Shown: one piece after another, positions 49,847-60,837 of the stretch | How positions within the stretch are numbered: the stretch's first letter is position 1 | Layout: each line of letters begins with the position of its first letter | From: Isosphaeraceae bacterium | Lineage (GTDB): Bacteria > Planctomycetota > Planctomycetia > Isosphaerales > Isosphaeraceae | Length of the DNA: 64,000 nucleotides | Reading direction: 5' to 3' | Assembly (NCBI GenBank): GCA_031291845.1 | Contig: JARLIH010000138.1 | Coordinates: 1 to 64,000 of the forward strand | The notes under the pieces: model-generated | What the model saw: the letters and a program-made list of their open reading frames with translations, nothing else | Told to the model about the DNA's origin: nothing | The model's database searches: none | Made by a program: the position numbers and the translations under genes

Positions 49847-51649
49847 GTGAGTGGTGAATTGCCAAGGGACGAGATCAAGCGTGAATACTCTCAACGGCTC
49901 GAAGCACGGAGGGCGGTCGTCGCACGCCTGGAGCGACGGGAGGCGAGGGTCGCCAACGCGCGGCTGGTCGTCTTTGCCGCGTTGCCCATCGTGGCCTGGC
50001 TCGCGTTCGTCGCCGAACGGATCTCCGGCTGGTGGCTGATTCCGCCAGCTTTTCTTTTTGCATTTCTGGTCTGGTGGCACGAACGATCCCGACGCGCGAT
50101 TCACGGCGCCGCTCGCGCGACCGTGTTTTATGAGAAAGGGCTGGCGCGACTCGATGACCGCTGGGCGGGTACCGGTGAACCCGGACTGCGTTTCCTCGAC
50201 ACCGAACACCCCTACTCGGCCGACCTCGACCTCTTCGGGGCGGGCTCATTGTTCGAACGCCTTTGCACCGCGCGGACGCGGTCGGGCGAGGACCGGCTCG
50301 CGTCCTGGCTCCTCGGCCCCGCGCCAATTGATGTCATCGTCGCCCGGCAAGCGGCGGTTGAGGAGCTGCGACCGCGACTCGACCTTCGCGAGTCGCTCGA
50401 CCTCCTGGGCGACGACGTGCGAGCGGGGGTGGATCCGGACGCGCTCGCCAAATGGGGTCGCACGCCGCGCAGCGGAATTCACCGCCTCATGCGCGCATTC
50501 GCCGTCGCGCTCACCGTTCTCGCGATCGTCGCGACCCTGTTCTGGGCCTTTCGGAGCGAAGGGGGAACGCTATTCCTGATCGTGCTGACGGCGGAAATCG
50601 TCTTCGTGCTCGCGACGAGGCGGCGCGTGGCCGAAACGTTTGCCGGGCTCGAGCTCCGGACGCACGACCTCGTGCTCCTCGCCTCACTGCTGGAGACCCT
50701 CGAACGCGAGTCGTTTCAGGCCGAGGCTTTGACGAGCGTGCGCTCCGCCCTCCAGACGGAGGGGATTCCCGCATCGCAAGCGATCGCGCATCTGGGCCGG
50801 CTCGTTCAGCAGTTGAGCATGATGAAGAACCAGTTCTTCGCGCCGTTCGGATTCGTCGTGCTCTGGCCCTTTCACTTCGCGATCGCGATCGACCGCTGGC
50901 GAGCGCGGTTCGGGCCGGCGATCGGGGGCTGGCTGTTGGCGATTGGCGAGTTCGAGTCTCTCGGTGCGCTGGCGAGCTACGCCTTCGAGAATCCCGGCGA
51001 CTCGTTTCCGGAATTGGTTGCCGAAGGGGCCTGGTACCAGGCTGAATCGCTCGGACACCCGTTGATCCCGCTGTCTTCGTGCGTGCGAAACGACATCGCG
51101 CTCGGAGGCGAAACGCGAGTCGCGCTGATCAGCGGCTCGAACATGTCGGGCAAGAGCACGCTCCTTCGCGCCGTGGGAGTCAACGCTGTCCTCGCGCTCG
51201 CAGGCGCACCGGTGCGCGCTCGAAAACTGCGTCTTTCGCGCCTGGCCATCGGCGCCACGCTCCGCATCCAGGATTCGCTCCAGGCCGGTCGGTCGCGCTT
51301 CTACGCCGAGATCACGCGCATCAGGCAAGTTGTCGACCTCGCCGGCGGACCGATCCCGCTCCTTTTTTTGCTCGACGAGATCCTGCACGGCACGAACTCC
51401 CACGACCGCCGGATTGGAGCCGAATCGATCGTACGCGGCCTGATCGACCGCGGCGCGATCGGCCTGGTCACGACGCACGACCTGGCGCTGACGGAGTTCG
51501 CGGACGAACTGGCCCCCCGTGGCTTGAATGTCCATTTCGAAGACCACTTCGAAAACGGCACGATGTGCTTCGACTACGTGATGCGCCCCGGCGTCGTGCG
51601 CAAGAGCAACGCTCTAGCGCTCATGCGTGCCGTGGGACTGGACGTGTGA
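49847..51649 (+). CDS. Membrane-anchored MutS-family ATPase-domain protein (MutS domain V only; no mismatch-binding domain)
   Basis: C-terminal region ISGSNMSGKSTLLRAVGVNAVLALAG...LLFLLDEILHGTNSHDRRIGAESIVRGL...TTHDLALT is the MutS ABC-type ATPase domain. The N-terminal half has several hydrophobic helices. GTG start. Confidence 0.75.
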   Translation: MSGELPRDEIKREYSQRLEARRAVVARLERREARVANARLVVFAALPIVAWLAFVAERISGWWLIPPAFLFAFLVWWHERSRRAIHGAARATVFYEKGLARLDDRWAGTGEPGLRFLDTEHPYSADLDLFGAGSLFERLCTARTRSGEDRLASWLLGPAPIDVIVARQAAVEELRPRLDLRESLDLLGDDVRAGVDPDALAKWGRTPRSGIHRLMRAFAVALTVLAIVATLFWAFRSEGGTLFLIVLTAEIVFVLATRRRVAETFAGLELRTHDLVLLASLLETLERESFQAEALTSVRSALQTEGIPASQAIAHLGRLVQQLSMMKNQFFAPFGFVVLWPFHFAIAIDRWRARFGPAIGGWLLAIGEFESLGALASYAFENPGDSFPELVAEGAWYQAESLGHPLIPLSSCVRNDIALGGETRVALISGSNMSGKSTLLRAVGVNAVLALAGAPVRARKLRLSRLAIGATLRIQDSLQAGRSRFYAEITRIRQVVDLAGGPIPLLFLLDEILHGTNSHDRRIGAESIVRGLIDRGAIGLVTTHDLALTEFADELAPRGLNVHFEDHFENGTMCFDYVMRPGVVRKSNALALMRAVGLDV

Positions 51650-51674
51650 TCTTTCATCCTGAGGAAATAACCAC

Positions 51675-53693
51675 ATGATTCGCTTAACTCCGGCCGCGAT
51701 CGCCTTGATCCTGGCCCTGACGTCGCTCTTGCAGGCGGACGGGCCGGCCGACAATGTCCCGAGCGCCGTCAGACGCGTCCCGAAGCTCGGTATTGAGGTA
51801 CCGCCGCAAGAACGGGAGGAGCTCAAGACCGGACTCGACAAGCTCGGCACAGCGCTGCGGGGGCTCGAGACCAGCCGGGACCCGAAAATCCAGCGGTTGC
51901 TCGGCGATGTGCGTATCTACTCCAAGGCGGTGCACGACGCACTCGAGTACCAGGAGTTCTTCGCTCCCGCAGAGATCGCGAAGGCGAACGAACTGTTGAA
52001 AGAAGGCCTCGAACGCGCTGAGGCCCTCAAAGGAAATTCCGCGCCCTGGGCGGAAAAGACGGGCCTTGTCGTGCGTGGATACGTGTCGAAGCTCGACGAC
52101 TCGGTCCAGCCGTACGGGCTCGTCATTCCGGAGTCGTACTCGCCGAAAGGCCCGCGGGTCCGCCTCGACGTCTGGTTCCACGGGCGCGGTGAGACCCTGA
52201 GCGAGGTGAACTTTCTCGACGAGCGCCGCAAACAGGCGGGGCCGATCACTCCCGAAGACACAATCGTCCTTCACCCGTATGGCCGGTACTGCAACGCGTT
52301 CAAGTTCGCGGGCGAAGTGGACGTGCTCGAGGCGATCGAGGACGTCCGGAAGCGCTACCATATCGACGACGACCGCATTGCGGTGCGCGGGTTCTCAATG
52401 GGCGGGGCCGCATGCTGGCAGTTCGCGGTTCACTATGGCGACCGCTGGTTCGCGGCGAACCCCGGCGCCGGCTTTTCGGAAACGCCTCGGTTCCTCAAGG
52501 TCTTCCAGCACGAAGACTTGAAGCCGACCTGGTACGAGCAAAAGCTCTGGCACCTTTACGACTGCACCGACACCGCGGTGAACATCTACCAGTGCCCCAC
52601 GATCGCCTACAGCGGTGAGCTCGACTCCCAGAAGCAGGCCGCCGAGGTGATGGCCGAGGCGGTCGCCGCCGAGGGGCTGACCCTTCGCCACGTCATCGGT
52701 CCCCAGACCAAGCATGCGATCCACCCCGAGTCGAAACGGGAAATCGAAACAGACATGAGCAGCCTCGCACGGCGTGGACGTATTCGTACTCCGGCCAAGG
52801 TCCATTTCGCAACATACACGCTGCGCTACAATCGAGCAAACTGGGTCACTCTTGACGCGCTCGGAGAGCATTGGGCGAAGGCACGCGTCAGCGGCTCGCT
52901 CACGCCGCGCGGGCCTGAGATCGTGACCGAGAACGTCGAGGCCTTGACCCTCGACTTCGAGCCCGGCGCGTTCACCCCGGAGCCGGGAGCCGCGCCTCGG
53001 GTGACCGTCGATGGGACCACCGTTGAAGGGCCTCGCCCCCGATCCGACGACTCCTGGCGGTGTGAGCTGCACCGTGAAGGGAAGACGTGGAAGCTGGGCC
53101 CACCCTCCGAAGGACTCCGGAAGCGGCACGGCCTGCAGGGACCGATCGACGACGCTTTCATGGACACCTTCCTGGTCGTCCGGCCGACCGGCGACACGTC
53201 CAACGGATCGTTCGGCTCTTGGAGCAAGCAGGAGCGTGAACGAGCGGTCGAGCACTGGCGGCGGCACTTCCGGGGCCAGGCCCGCGTTAAGGACGACACG
53301 GCCGTAACCGACGCGGATATCGCGTCCGCAAACCTTGTCCTCTGGGGCGATCCCGCAAGCAACGCGGTCCTCCGGCGCATTGCCGACCGCTTGCCGATCA
53401 CCTGGGACCGCGACCACATCAAGGCCGGCGACCGCCAGTACGCGTCGGCTCACCACGCGCTCGCGATGGTCTACCCGAACCCGTTGAATCCGAACCGCTA
53501 TGTCGTCCTGAATAGCGGCTTTACCTTTCGCGAGTACGACTATCTCAATAACGCCAGGCAGACCCCCAAACTTCCCGACTGGGCCGTCATCGACCTACGC
53601 ACTCCGCCCGACGCGCGATTTCCGGGTAAGGTCGTCGATGCGGGTTTCTTCGGCGAACGATGGGAACTGAAGCCGACGGAATCGAAAAACTGA
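51675..53693 (+). CDS. Secreted alpha/beta-hydrolase, prolyl-oligopeptidase/esterase-like, with a C-terminal beta-rich extension
   Basis: Signal peptide MIRLTPAAIALILALTSLLQA. Nucleophile elbow GFSMGG. An RBS-like GAGGAAAT lies upstream. Confidence 0.7.
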   Translation: MIRLTPAAIALILALTSLLQADGPADNVPSAVRRVPKLGIEVPPQEREELKTGLDKLGTALRGLETSRDPKIQRLLGDVRIYSKAVHDALEYQEFFAPAEIAKANELLKEGLERAEALKGNSAPWAEKTGLVVRGYVSKLDDSVQPYGLVIPESYSPKGPRVRLDVWFHGRGETLSEVNFLDERRKQAGPITPEDTIVLHPYGRYCNAFKFAGEVDVLEAIEDVRKRYHIDDDRIAVRGFSMGGAACWQFAVHYGDRWFAANPGAGFSETPRFLKVFQHEDLKPTWYEQKLWHLYDCTDTAVNIYQCPTIAYSGELDSQKQAAEVMAEAVAAEGLTLRHVIGPQTKHAIHPESKREIETDMSSLARRGRIRTPAKVHFATYTLRYNRANWVTLDALGEHWAKARVSGSLTPRGPEIVTENVEALTLDFEPGAFTPEPGAAPRVTVDGTTVEGPRPRSDDSWRCELHREGKTWKLGPPSEGLRKRHGLQGPIDDAFMDTFLVVRPTGDTSNGSFGSWSKQERERAVEHWRRHFRGQARVKDDTAVTDADIASANLVLWGDPASNAVLRRIADRLPITWDRDHIKAGDRQYASAHHALAMVYPNPLNPNRYVVLNSGFTFREYDYLNNARQTPKLPDWAVIDLRTPPDARFPGKVVDAGFFGERWELKPTESKN

Positions 53694-53714
53694 CCCGCTG
53701 ATGCGCGCAGCGGG
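53694..53714. terminator. Hairpin CCCGCTG-N7-CAGCGGG between convergent genes
   Basis: 7-bp inverted repeat immediately after the hydrolase stop and before the TPR gene stop. Confidence 0.4.
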
Positions 53715-53742
53715 CAGCGCCCGAAACCGGACGAAGTGAAGC

Positions 53743-55656
53743 CTACGGTCGGCCCGCGGCTGGGTCGAGCTCGATACGTTTCAGACTCTCCCGGGCCAGG
53801 TCGCGAGCCACAAACCGATTGGCGCCGTGATCGCGAACCCAGAGCAGGAGTTCGATGGCCTGCTCGGGTTTGCCCGACAACAACAGGTCGAGGCCAAGAA
53901 AGACACGCGCTTCGGTGACCGCACCTTCGTTATGAGCCGAGTCGAGCATGACTTCTGCCGGGATCTCGCCCCGGAGATAACGGAAGAGAGGGGCCGGCCA
54001 AACCTTGGCCACGGTTCCGGGGCTGGACTCGGCGACGAATGCGGACGCCTCGGCTTGCTTTCCCGCTCGGCGTGCGGCGAAATGGCCGAGCAGCGCCATG
54101 TAGGGCGTATACGCGCCGCCGTCCGGGTTCAAGTCGAGGTAAAGGCGCGCGTCGGCGTCACCGCCCTCGCGGCCGCTGATGAAGAGCGACCAGCCCCGCG
54201 AAACGTACGCTTCCGAGTGGCGAGGGTTGATTTGAAGCGCAAGGGTAAAGTCGTCGATCGCCCCGCTCCAGTCCCCCTCGGCGCGCTTGGCGTTGCCGCG
54301 ATCGCAATAAAGCCCCGCATCGAGCGGACCCAGCCGCAGCGCCATGTTGTACCCCTCGATGGCCTTGCTCCGTTGCCCCTGGTTATCGAGGACACGCGCG
54401 AGCCCGACGTAGGCCTCCACGAATCTCGGCGCAAGGCGAATCGCCTCGTCGTAATCGCGGATCGCATCATCCACCATGCCAAGCCGTGCGAAGGCGCCGG
54501 CACGGTTGTAATGAAGCAATGCGTTGCCGGGCGCCAGCCGAATCGCCTCGCTGAGGTCCGTCACCGATTGGGCGAATTCGCCCAGGCCGAAATGCGCCAG
54601 CCCGAGATTCGTGAAGGCGCCGGCGTTTTTCGGATCGATCCGGACGGCCTCCTTGAGGTCCAGCGCAGCGCGCTCGAACTGGCCGAGGCTGTTATACGCA
54701 GCCCCGCGGTTCTGGTAGGCCTTCGCGAGCCTCGGATCGATGCGAAGGGCCTCGTCCAGATCCTGGATCGCCGATTCGTAACGCCCCATCCGAACGAGCA
54801 CACCGCCGCGGTCCTTGAACGCGCCGGCGTTCTTCGGTTCGATTTCCACCGCCTGATCGAGGTCGGCCAGCGCCAGATGGTCCTTCCCGTTGCGCGAGTA
54901 TGCGGCGGCTCGCAGACGGAGCGCGTAGGCGTAGCCTGGCGTGCTCTGTAGCGCCCGGTCGAGGTCGGCCAACGCCAGTTCGTAACGCTCGTTACGCAGG
55001 TACAAGTCCGCCCGGTTCGCCAGCGCTCGCGAGTGACTCGGGTCCAATCGAAGCGCTGCGCCGAAGTCCTCGAGCGCTCGGTCGTTGAGATCGAGCGAGG
55101 CATAAGCCATGCCTCGTCCGAGGAAGACGTTCGGGTCGGCGGGGTTGAGCTGAATTGCCTGATTGTATTCGGCAACGGCTTCTTCGTACCGCCCCTTCCG
55201 TTGCAGGACCTGGCCGATGCCGCAATGCGCATCGGCGCTCCCCACGCGGTCGAGCCTAAAGAGGCGAGACGGATAGAAGCTAAGACCGCGCCGAAAGTCG
55301 GCGAGCGCGGCATCATCCCGCCCCAGCATCACCAGCGCGATGCCGCGGTTGACGTAGGGGGATGCCAGGAACGGATTGGTGCGGAGGGCTGCGTCGAAGT
55401 CCGGCAGGGCCCGCTCCGGCTGGTTCAACCGGAGATAAATACTGCCGCGCTTGATATGGCCTTCAATGTCGCGAGGCATCAGCTCGAGGCTCTGATCGAG
55501 CAGCGGCAGTGCCTCGCGGTACCGGCCTTCGTTGTAGAGACGGATGCCCTCAGCACGGAGCCTGCCAGCACTCTGCGCGCGGGCGACGTTGCCGGCGACG
55601 GCGAGCAACGCCACAGCGATCCCGATCAGACTCGCCCTCCGGACGCGTCGACTCAC
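53743..55656 (-). CDS. Tetratricopeptide-repeat protein with an N-terminal signal peptide
   Basis: Signal MSRRVRRASLIGIAVALLAVAGNVARA. At least 12 tandem TPR motifs (repeated AxxYxNRGxAYxxLGxYxxAIxDF units). Confidence 0.85.
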   Translation of the reverse strand: MSRRVRRASLIGIAVALLAVAGNVARAQSAGRLRAEGIRLYNEGRYREALPLLDQSLELMPRDIEGHIKRGSIYLRLNQPERALPDFDAALRTNPFLASPYVNRGIALVMLGRDDAALADFRRGLSFYPSRLFRLDRVGSADAHCGIGQVLQRKGRYEEAVAEYNQAIQLNPADPNVFLGRGMAYASLDLNDRALEDFGAALRLDPSHSRALANRADLYLRNERYELALADLDRALQSTPGYAYALRLRAAAYSRNGKDHLALADLDQAVEIEPKNAGAFKDRGGVLVRMGRYESAIQDLDEALRIDPRLAKAYQNRGAAYNSLGQFERAALDLKEAVRIDPKNAGAFTNLGLAHFGLGEFAQSVTDLSEAIRLAPGNALLHYNRAGAFARLGMVDDAIRDYDEAIRLAPRFVEAYVGLARVLDNQGQRSKAIEGYNMALRLGPLDAGLYCDRGNAKRAEGDWSGAIDDFTLALQINPRHSEAYVSRGWSLFISGREGGDADARLYLDLNPDGGAYTPYMALLGHFAARRAGKQAEASAFVAESSPGTVAKVWPAPLFRYLRGEIPAEVMLDSAHNEGAVTEARVFLGLDLLLSGKPEQAIELLLWVRDHGANRFVARDLARESLKRIELDPAAGRP

Positions 55657-55902
55657 GGCTCCATCCTCTCTCGCGGCATTTGGCGATTCCTACACTTATC
55701 TTGTCGTCGCACGACTTCGCGTTCGATCAGCGCGAGCACCTTGCAAAGCACGAGGCACGGCCGGAACCGACGCGTTTATGCTTTCTGTCGGGCGTAGAGA
55801 TTGCGTCGATTCCGGCCGGCGAATGAGTAGAATGTTCATGGCGGGACGATTCGCTGTGCGAAGCGATCCCGCCTTTGCCGGATGTTACGCACTCGAGGAC
55901 CG

Positions 55903-56496
55903 ATGATGCCGGACCTGACGGCCGCCGAGTTGTTCCGCCGCCTCGACCGTGAGCTCTGGCTGTTGACCGCGAGGGCCGCGGAGGGGCGAGGGGGGCTGAT
56001 TGCCACGTTCGTCAATCAGGCCTCTCTCGTGCCCGACCTACCGCGCGTCCTCGTCGGCATCGCCAGGCAACACCACACCTGGAAACTCATCGAGGGAAGC
56101 AGCGCGTTCGCGCTGCACCTGCTCTCCGAACAGAATCTCGAGTGGGTGTGGCGCTTTGGGCTTTCGACCGGCCTGGACCACGATAAGTTCGCCGGCCTCG
56201 AGTTCACCGCAGGCCCGACCGGCTCCCCCATCCTCGACGGAGCGCTGGGCTGGCTCGACTGCCGCGTCGAGGCCACGCTTGACACGGGCGACCGCACCGT
56301 CTACCTGGCCGAAGTCGTCGCCGCGAAGCTCAGGACGACTGAGGGGCCGCTGACGGTGAAGCAAATGCTCGCACTGGCCCCAGATGAGCGACGTACAGAA
56401 CTTAAGGAGCAGATCGAGCGAGACTGCGCGATTGACGCGTCCGCAATCGAGGCATGGAGGCGCGCTCGCCGCGAGGCCTTCGGCCACCCGCTTTGA
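55903..56496 (+). CDS. Flavin reductase family protein (FMN-binding split barrel)
   Basis: GLIATFVNQASLVPDLPRVLVGI...RTVYLAEVV is typical of flavin-reductase-like domains. The ORF was trimmed to the ATG at 55903. Confidence 0.7.
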   Translation: MMPDLTAAELFRRLDRELWLLTARAAEGRGGLIATFVNQASLVPDLPRVLVGIARQHHTWKLIEGSSAFALHLLSEQNLEWVWRFGLSTGLDHDKFAGLEFTAGPTGSPILDGALGWLDCRVEATLDTGDRTVYLAEVVAAKLRTTEGPLTVKQMLALAPDERRTELKEQIERDCAIDASAIEAWRRARREAFGHPL

Positions 56497-56547
56497 AGTC
56501 TTGGTCCACGTGGTCCCTGGCTTACAACGACGTTCGAAAATGGCGCG

Positions 56548-57702
56548 GTGGAGCGATCGATGATACCGAACATGTTGGGCGCCTACGGTCCCTGGGCGGC
56601 GAATCTCGCCGGTCCCGGGCCGGGTCGGCTGTCCTTCCGAAACGGCCGTTTCCACGATCTGGACGCCTGGCGCAAAGAGGCCCGCGACCGCCTTCTCGCC
56701 TGCTTGCTTCAACCCCCAACTGGAGGTGTTCCGAAGGCCGAGCTCCAGCATCAGTTCGACTTCGACGGGCTGCATATCGAACACCTGTACTGGCAGCTTC
56801 CGTTCGGACCTCCCACAGAAGCTTTCTTCATCAAGCCCGCGGGTGCCCGCGGCCGGCTGCCGGGCGTATTGGCCCTGCACGACCACGGCGGGAACAAGTA
56901 CTTCGGCACGCGCAAGATTGTGCGCATCGACGCAAGCGTCCATGCGATGGTCAAGCGCCACCAGGATGAATACTACGGCGGCGTGGGCTGGGCCAACGAA
57001 CTGGCGCGTCGCGGCTACGCCGTCCTGGTCCACGATGCGTTTGCCTTCGGCAGCCGCCGCATCCGCGTCGCCGACCTTCCGAAAGTGGTGGCCAAGGACG
57101 CGAAGGAGGTGAGCCCCGAGGCGGAGGCAGAGATCAAGTCGTATAACAAGCTCGCCTCCGAACACGAACACCTGGTGGCCAAAAGCCTGCTCTGCGCGGG
57201 AACGACGTGGCCCGGTGTGTTTACGGCCGAGGACCAGCGTGCGCTTGACTACCTGGCCTCGCGGCCCGACGTCGACCCCGATCGGCTGGGCTGCGGTGGA
57301 CTCTCGGGAGGCGGCCTGCGGACGGCCTACCTCGGCGGGATTGACGACCGGATCCGTTGCGCCTGCTGCACGGGTATGATGACCACATGGCGAGACTATT
57401 TGCTCAATAAAAGATATACGCACACGTGGATGATTTATGTGCCGGGCTTGCCGCTCGACCTGGACTATCCCGAGATCTTCGGTCTCCGCGCACCTCTGCC
57501 GGCGCTCGTACAGTGCGACTCGGAGGATGAGCTGTTCACGCTCGGCGAGATGCGGCGCGCCGACGAGATTCTGGCCGAGGTTTACCGCAAAGCGGGTGCA
57601 ACCGAACATTATCGTTGTACGTTCTATCCAGGGCCCCATAAGTTCGACAGGCCCATGCAGGACGAGGCATTCGCGTGGTTCGATCGGTGGTTAAAGACAT
57701 GA
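56548..57702 (+). CDS. Alpha/beta-hydrolase-fold esterase (dienelactone hydrolase / acetyl-xylan-esterase-like)
   Basis: A GCGGLSGGG nucleophile elbow and an HDHGG oxyanion-region motif. Confidence 0.7.
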   Translation: MERSMIPNMLGAYGPWAANLAGPGPGRLSFRNGRFHDLDAWRKEARDRLLACLLQPPTGGVPKAELQHQFDFDGLHIEHLYWQLPFGPPTEAFFIKPAGARGRLPGVLALHDHGGNKYFGTRKIVRIDASVHAMVKRHQDEYYGGVGWANELARRGYAVLVHDAFAFGSRRIRVADLPKVVAKDAKEVSPEAEAEIKSYNKLASEHEHLVAKSLLCAGTTWPGVFTAEDQRALDYLASRPDVDPDRLGCGGLSGGGLRTAYLGGIDDRIRCACCTGMMTTWRDYLLNKRYTHTWMIYVPGLPLDLDYPEIFGLRAPLPALVQCDSEDELFTLGEMRRADEILAEVYRKAGATEHYRCTFYPGPHKFDRPMQDEAFAWFDRWLKT

Positions 57703-58826
57703 CAGGGACCGTCAGTATCGGAATCGAGGCGTTCTCGCCGGATTATTTCACAGCTCGAGAGCGGTTTCGCGCGGCGGTCGAGGCGCGCGGGTTCGTCGTT
57801 GAGTCGCTGTCAGTCGGATTGCGTGGCCCCTCGGGCGAGGACTTGACCATCGACGTCGCGCGGCTTGGGTCCGAAAGGCCGGAGCGGGCGGTGGTCGTAT
57901 CGAGCGGTTTACATGGCGTCGAGGGCTTCTTCGGCTCCGCGGTTCAACTGGCGCTGCTCGAGGCGGGTGTGCCGGGTGACCTGCTCGCCGACGGCGATTC
58001 CTTGATTCTGGTTCATGCCCTCGATCCCTACGGGTTTGCCTGGATCCGGCGATTCGACGAGCAGAACGTCGATCTCAATCGTAATTTCTTGATCAACGGT
58101 GAGCGTTACCAGGGAAGCCCTCCGGCGTACCGGCAGCTCAACGGCCTGTTGAACCCACCGTATGCACCGAGCCGGGTCGACACGTTCTGGCCGAGGGCTC
58201 TGCTCGCCCTGGCGTGGTACGGCCGGAGATCACTTCGTCAGGCGGTCGCCCACGGGCAGTACGACTTCCCGCGGGGGCTCTTCTTTGGGGGCGTAGGCCA
58301 CTCGCGGACCTATCAACTCCTGTTGGAAAATCTGCCGCGCTGGCTCGGGTCCGCGCAAGAAGTCACCCACATCGACTTCCACACCGGACTCGGCGAGTGG
58401 GGCACCTATAAACTCCTGATCGATCCTGAGCTGGGCCCGGCGTCGTTCGCCCGACTCGTCGAGACGTTCGGCGAGGATGCCATTCAGGTATCGAGTTCGA
58501 CCGGGATCTCCTACACCACGCGCGGCGACCTCGGCCCCTGGTGCCAGGCGACTTTTCCCGAGTGCCACTATGATTATGTGTGCGCGGAGTTCGGGACGTA
58601 TTCCCCCTTGACCGTGGTCTCGGCCCTGCGGTGGGAGAACCAGGCGCACCACTGGGGCGACCCGGGCGACGCCGCGACACACAACGCGAAGGCCTGGCTG
58701 AAAGAAGTGTTCGTCCCCGCGGATACGGACTGGAGGGCGACCACGCTTGCCGAGGGGGTCGCCTTGGTCCGCCGCGCGCTCGCGTCGCTTCGCGGGCGGA
58801 GTGATCCGGTCAGGGAACGCTCGTGA
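57699..58826 (+). CDS. DUF2817 / M14-like zinc-carboxypeptidase-fold family protein (succinylglutamate-desuccinylase/aspartoacylase-like)
   Basis: VVVSSGLHGVEGFFGS resembles the zinc-ligand region of the AstE/AspA/M14 fold. The start ATG overlaps the preceding stop as ATGA. Confidence 0.6.
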   Translation: MTGTVSIGIEAFSPDYFTARERFRAAVEARGFVVESLSVGLRGPSGEDLTIDVARLGSERPERAVVVSSGLHGVEGFFGSAVQLALLEAGVPGDLLADGDSLILVHALDPYGFAWIRRFDEQNVDLNRNFLINGERYQGSPPAYRQLNGLLNPPYAPSRVDTFWPRALLALAWYGRRSLRQAVAHGQYDFPRGLFFGGVGHSRTYQLLLENLPRWLGSAQEVTHIDFHTGLGEWGTYKLLIDPELGPASFARLVETFGEDAIQVSSSTGISYTTRGDLGPWCQATFPECHYDYVCAEFGTYSPLTVVSALRWENQAHHWGDPGDAATHNAKAWLKEVFVPADTDWRATTLAEGVALVRRALASLRGRSDPVRERS

Positions 58827-60746
58827 TTTCGTCGAGTGCCTGCGCGTTCTCCAACCCTGTCAGGTCGCCCGGGTCTTCGCCCAGAAGCTTGGCGCGAATG
58901 GCACGCCGGACGATCTTGGCGCTGCGGGTGCGCGGGAGGTCCCGCACGAAGCGAATCTGCTCGGGCGCGAACGATTTCCCCAGATTGTCCGAAATGACCG
59001 AGCGCACGGCCTTGGCCAGCGGCTCGCCCGGTTCGAAGCCTGGACGCAGAACGATAAAGCACCAGATCGACTCTCCCTTGACCTCGTGAGGAACGCCAAC
59101 GGCGGCTGCTTCGGCGACGGCGGGGTGGCCTACCGCGGCCGACTCGATTTCCGCCGGGCCGATTCTTTTCCCCGCAACGTTCAGCGTGTCGTCGCTACGG
59201 CCGTACAGGAACCATTCACCGTCGGCGTCGATCGAGGCCCAGTCGCCGTGCACCCATACGCCGGGCCAGCGCGACCAGTAGGTCTGTTGGTAGCGTTCCT
59301 CGTCGTTCCATAGCCCTCGCGTCATGCCCGGCCAAGGCTTCGTACAGACCAACTCGCCGACTCCGCCACGTAAGGGCTTGCCGGTTGCGTCGTACACGTC
59401 GACCGCCATTCCCAGCGCAGGCCCGCCGAGCGAGCACGGCTTGAGCGGTTGGATCGGCAATGGTGACAGAAAACACGCACCGACCTCCGTACCGCCGGAG
59501 AAGTTGATGATCGGGCAGCGTCCCTGTCCGACATGGTCGAAGTACCATTGCCACGGTCCGGGGTTCCACGGCTCGCCCGTCGAGCCGAGGACTCGCAAAC
59601 TCGTCAAGTCATGGCGGCTGACCGGCTCGACGCCATACCGCATCAACGCACGGATCAAGGTCGGCGACACGCCAAGGATCGTGGGCCTGTGCCGCTCGAC
59701 CAGATACCAGAGCCGGTCCGGCGAGGGGTAGTCGGGGGCTCCTTCATAAAGGACGACCGTTCCTCCGTGAGCCAATCCGCCGACGACCTCCCACGGTCCC
59801 ATGATCCATCCCAGGTCGGTGACCCAGAACAGGGTGTCGTCCGGCCCCATATCGACCTGGTGAGCCGCCTCCTGGGCAATCTTGACGAGAAGCCCGCCGT
59901 GGACGTGGACAGCCCCTTTTGGCTTGCCCGTGGTCCCCGAAGTGTAGGCGAGCAAGAACGGGTCCTCGGACTCCATCGGCTCGGTGGCGCAGTCCGCCGG
60001 CTCGCCCGCGACGACCTCATGCCACCAGACATCTCTTGGGCTCGTCCAACGAACGTCGCAACCTGCGCGGCGCCAGACGATGACGTGGCGGACGCAGGGG
60101 CTGAGCGCGACGGCCTCGTCGGCCACGTCTTTCAAAGGGACGACGTGGCCTCGCCGGAACGTTCCGTCGGCCGTGATGAGCACCTTCGCAGCGCAGTCGT
60201 TCAGTCGCGCTGCCACGGCTGGGGCGCCGAACCCTGAGAAGATCGGCGTGGCAATCGCGCCGATCTTCGCACAGGCCAGGAGCGCGACCACCGCCTCCGG
60301 CGCCATCGGCAGGAAAATGCCGACCCGGTCACCGCGCCCGACCCCGAGCCGCTTCAGAGCTCCGGCGAAACCGTTCGTCTCCGAGAGAAGGTCCCCGTAC
60401 GACAGGGTTCGCGTCGCGCCGTCTTCGCCCTCCCAGATCAAGGCCGGCCGATCCCGACGGGACGACCGCGCGTGGCGGTCGAGGCAGTTGTGCGCGACGT
60501 TGATTGTCCCTCCCACGAACCAGCGCGCATGCGAGGGGCCGCGGGAGACGTCCAGAACCGCCTCGTAGGGGGTGTAAAATTCGATGGGGAGGTCTTCGAC
60601 AACGGCCTGCCAGAACCACTCGACGTCGGCACGACTGCGCCGAACGAGCTCTTGGAGGTCAACAATTCCGTGTCGTTCCATGAACAGCCGGACGCGCGTC
60701 CGTTCGCTATAATTCGCCGAGGGGACCCAAACGGTCGCGCCCGCCA
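58810..60746 (-). CDS. Acetoacetyl-CoA synthetase-like AMP-forming acyl-CoA synthetase
   Basis: AMP-binding motif YTSGTTGKPKG, plus the GGTE and SAKI(V)RR C-terminal motifs. At about 645 aa the size and N-terminal extension are AACS-like. The ORF was trimmed from 61458 to MAGATVWVPS because the upstream part is antisense to the lyase gene. Confidence 0.8.
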
Positions 60747-60837
60747 TGTCGCCGCCCTTCAGTATGGAGTGGTGGCAGGGAACGACGATCAGGATAGCCG
60801 CCACGGCCGTGGTGTCAATCGGCGCATAAAACTCAAC

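Noticed and set aside
60472-60837. N-terminal 122-codon extension of the lyase ORF, and the 60747..61458 extension of the acyl-CoA synthetase ORF
   Set aside because: Each extension is antisense to the other gene's real coding region. The conserved N-termini (MKTIIEPFKIKM and MAGATVWVPS) define the true starts.
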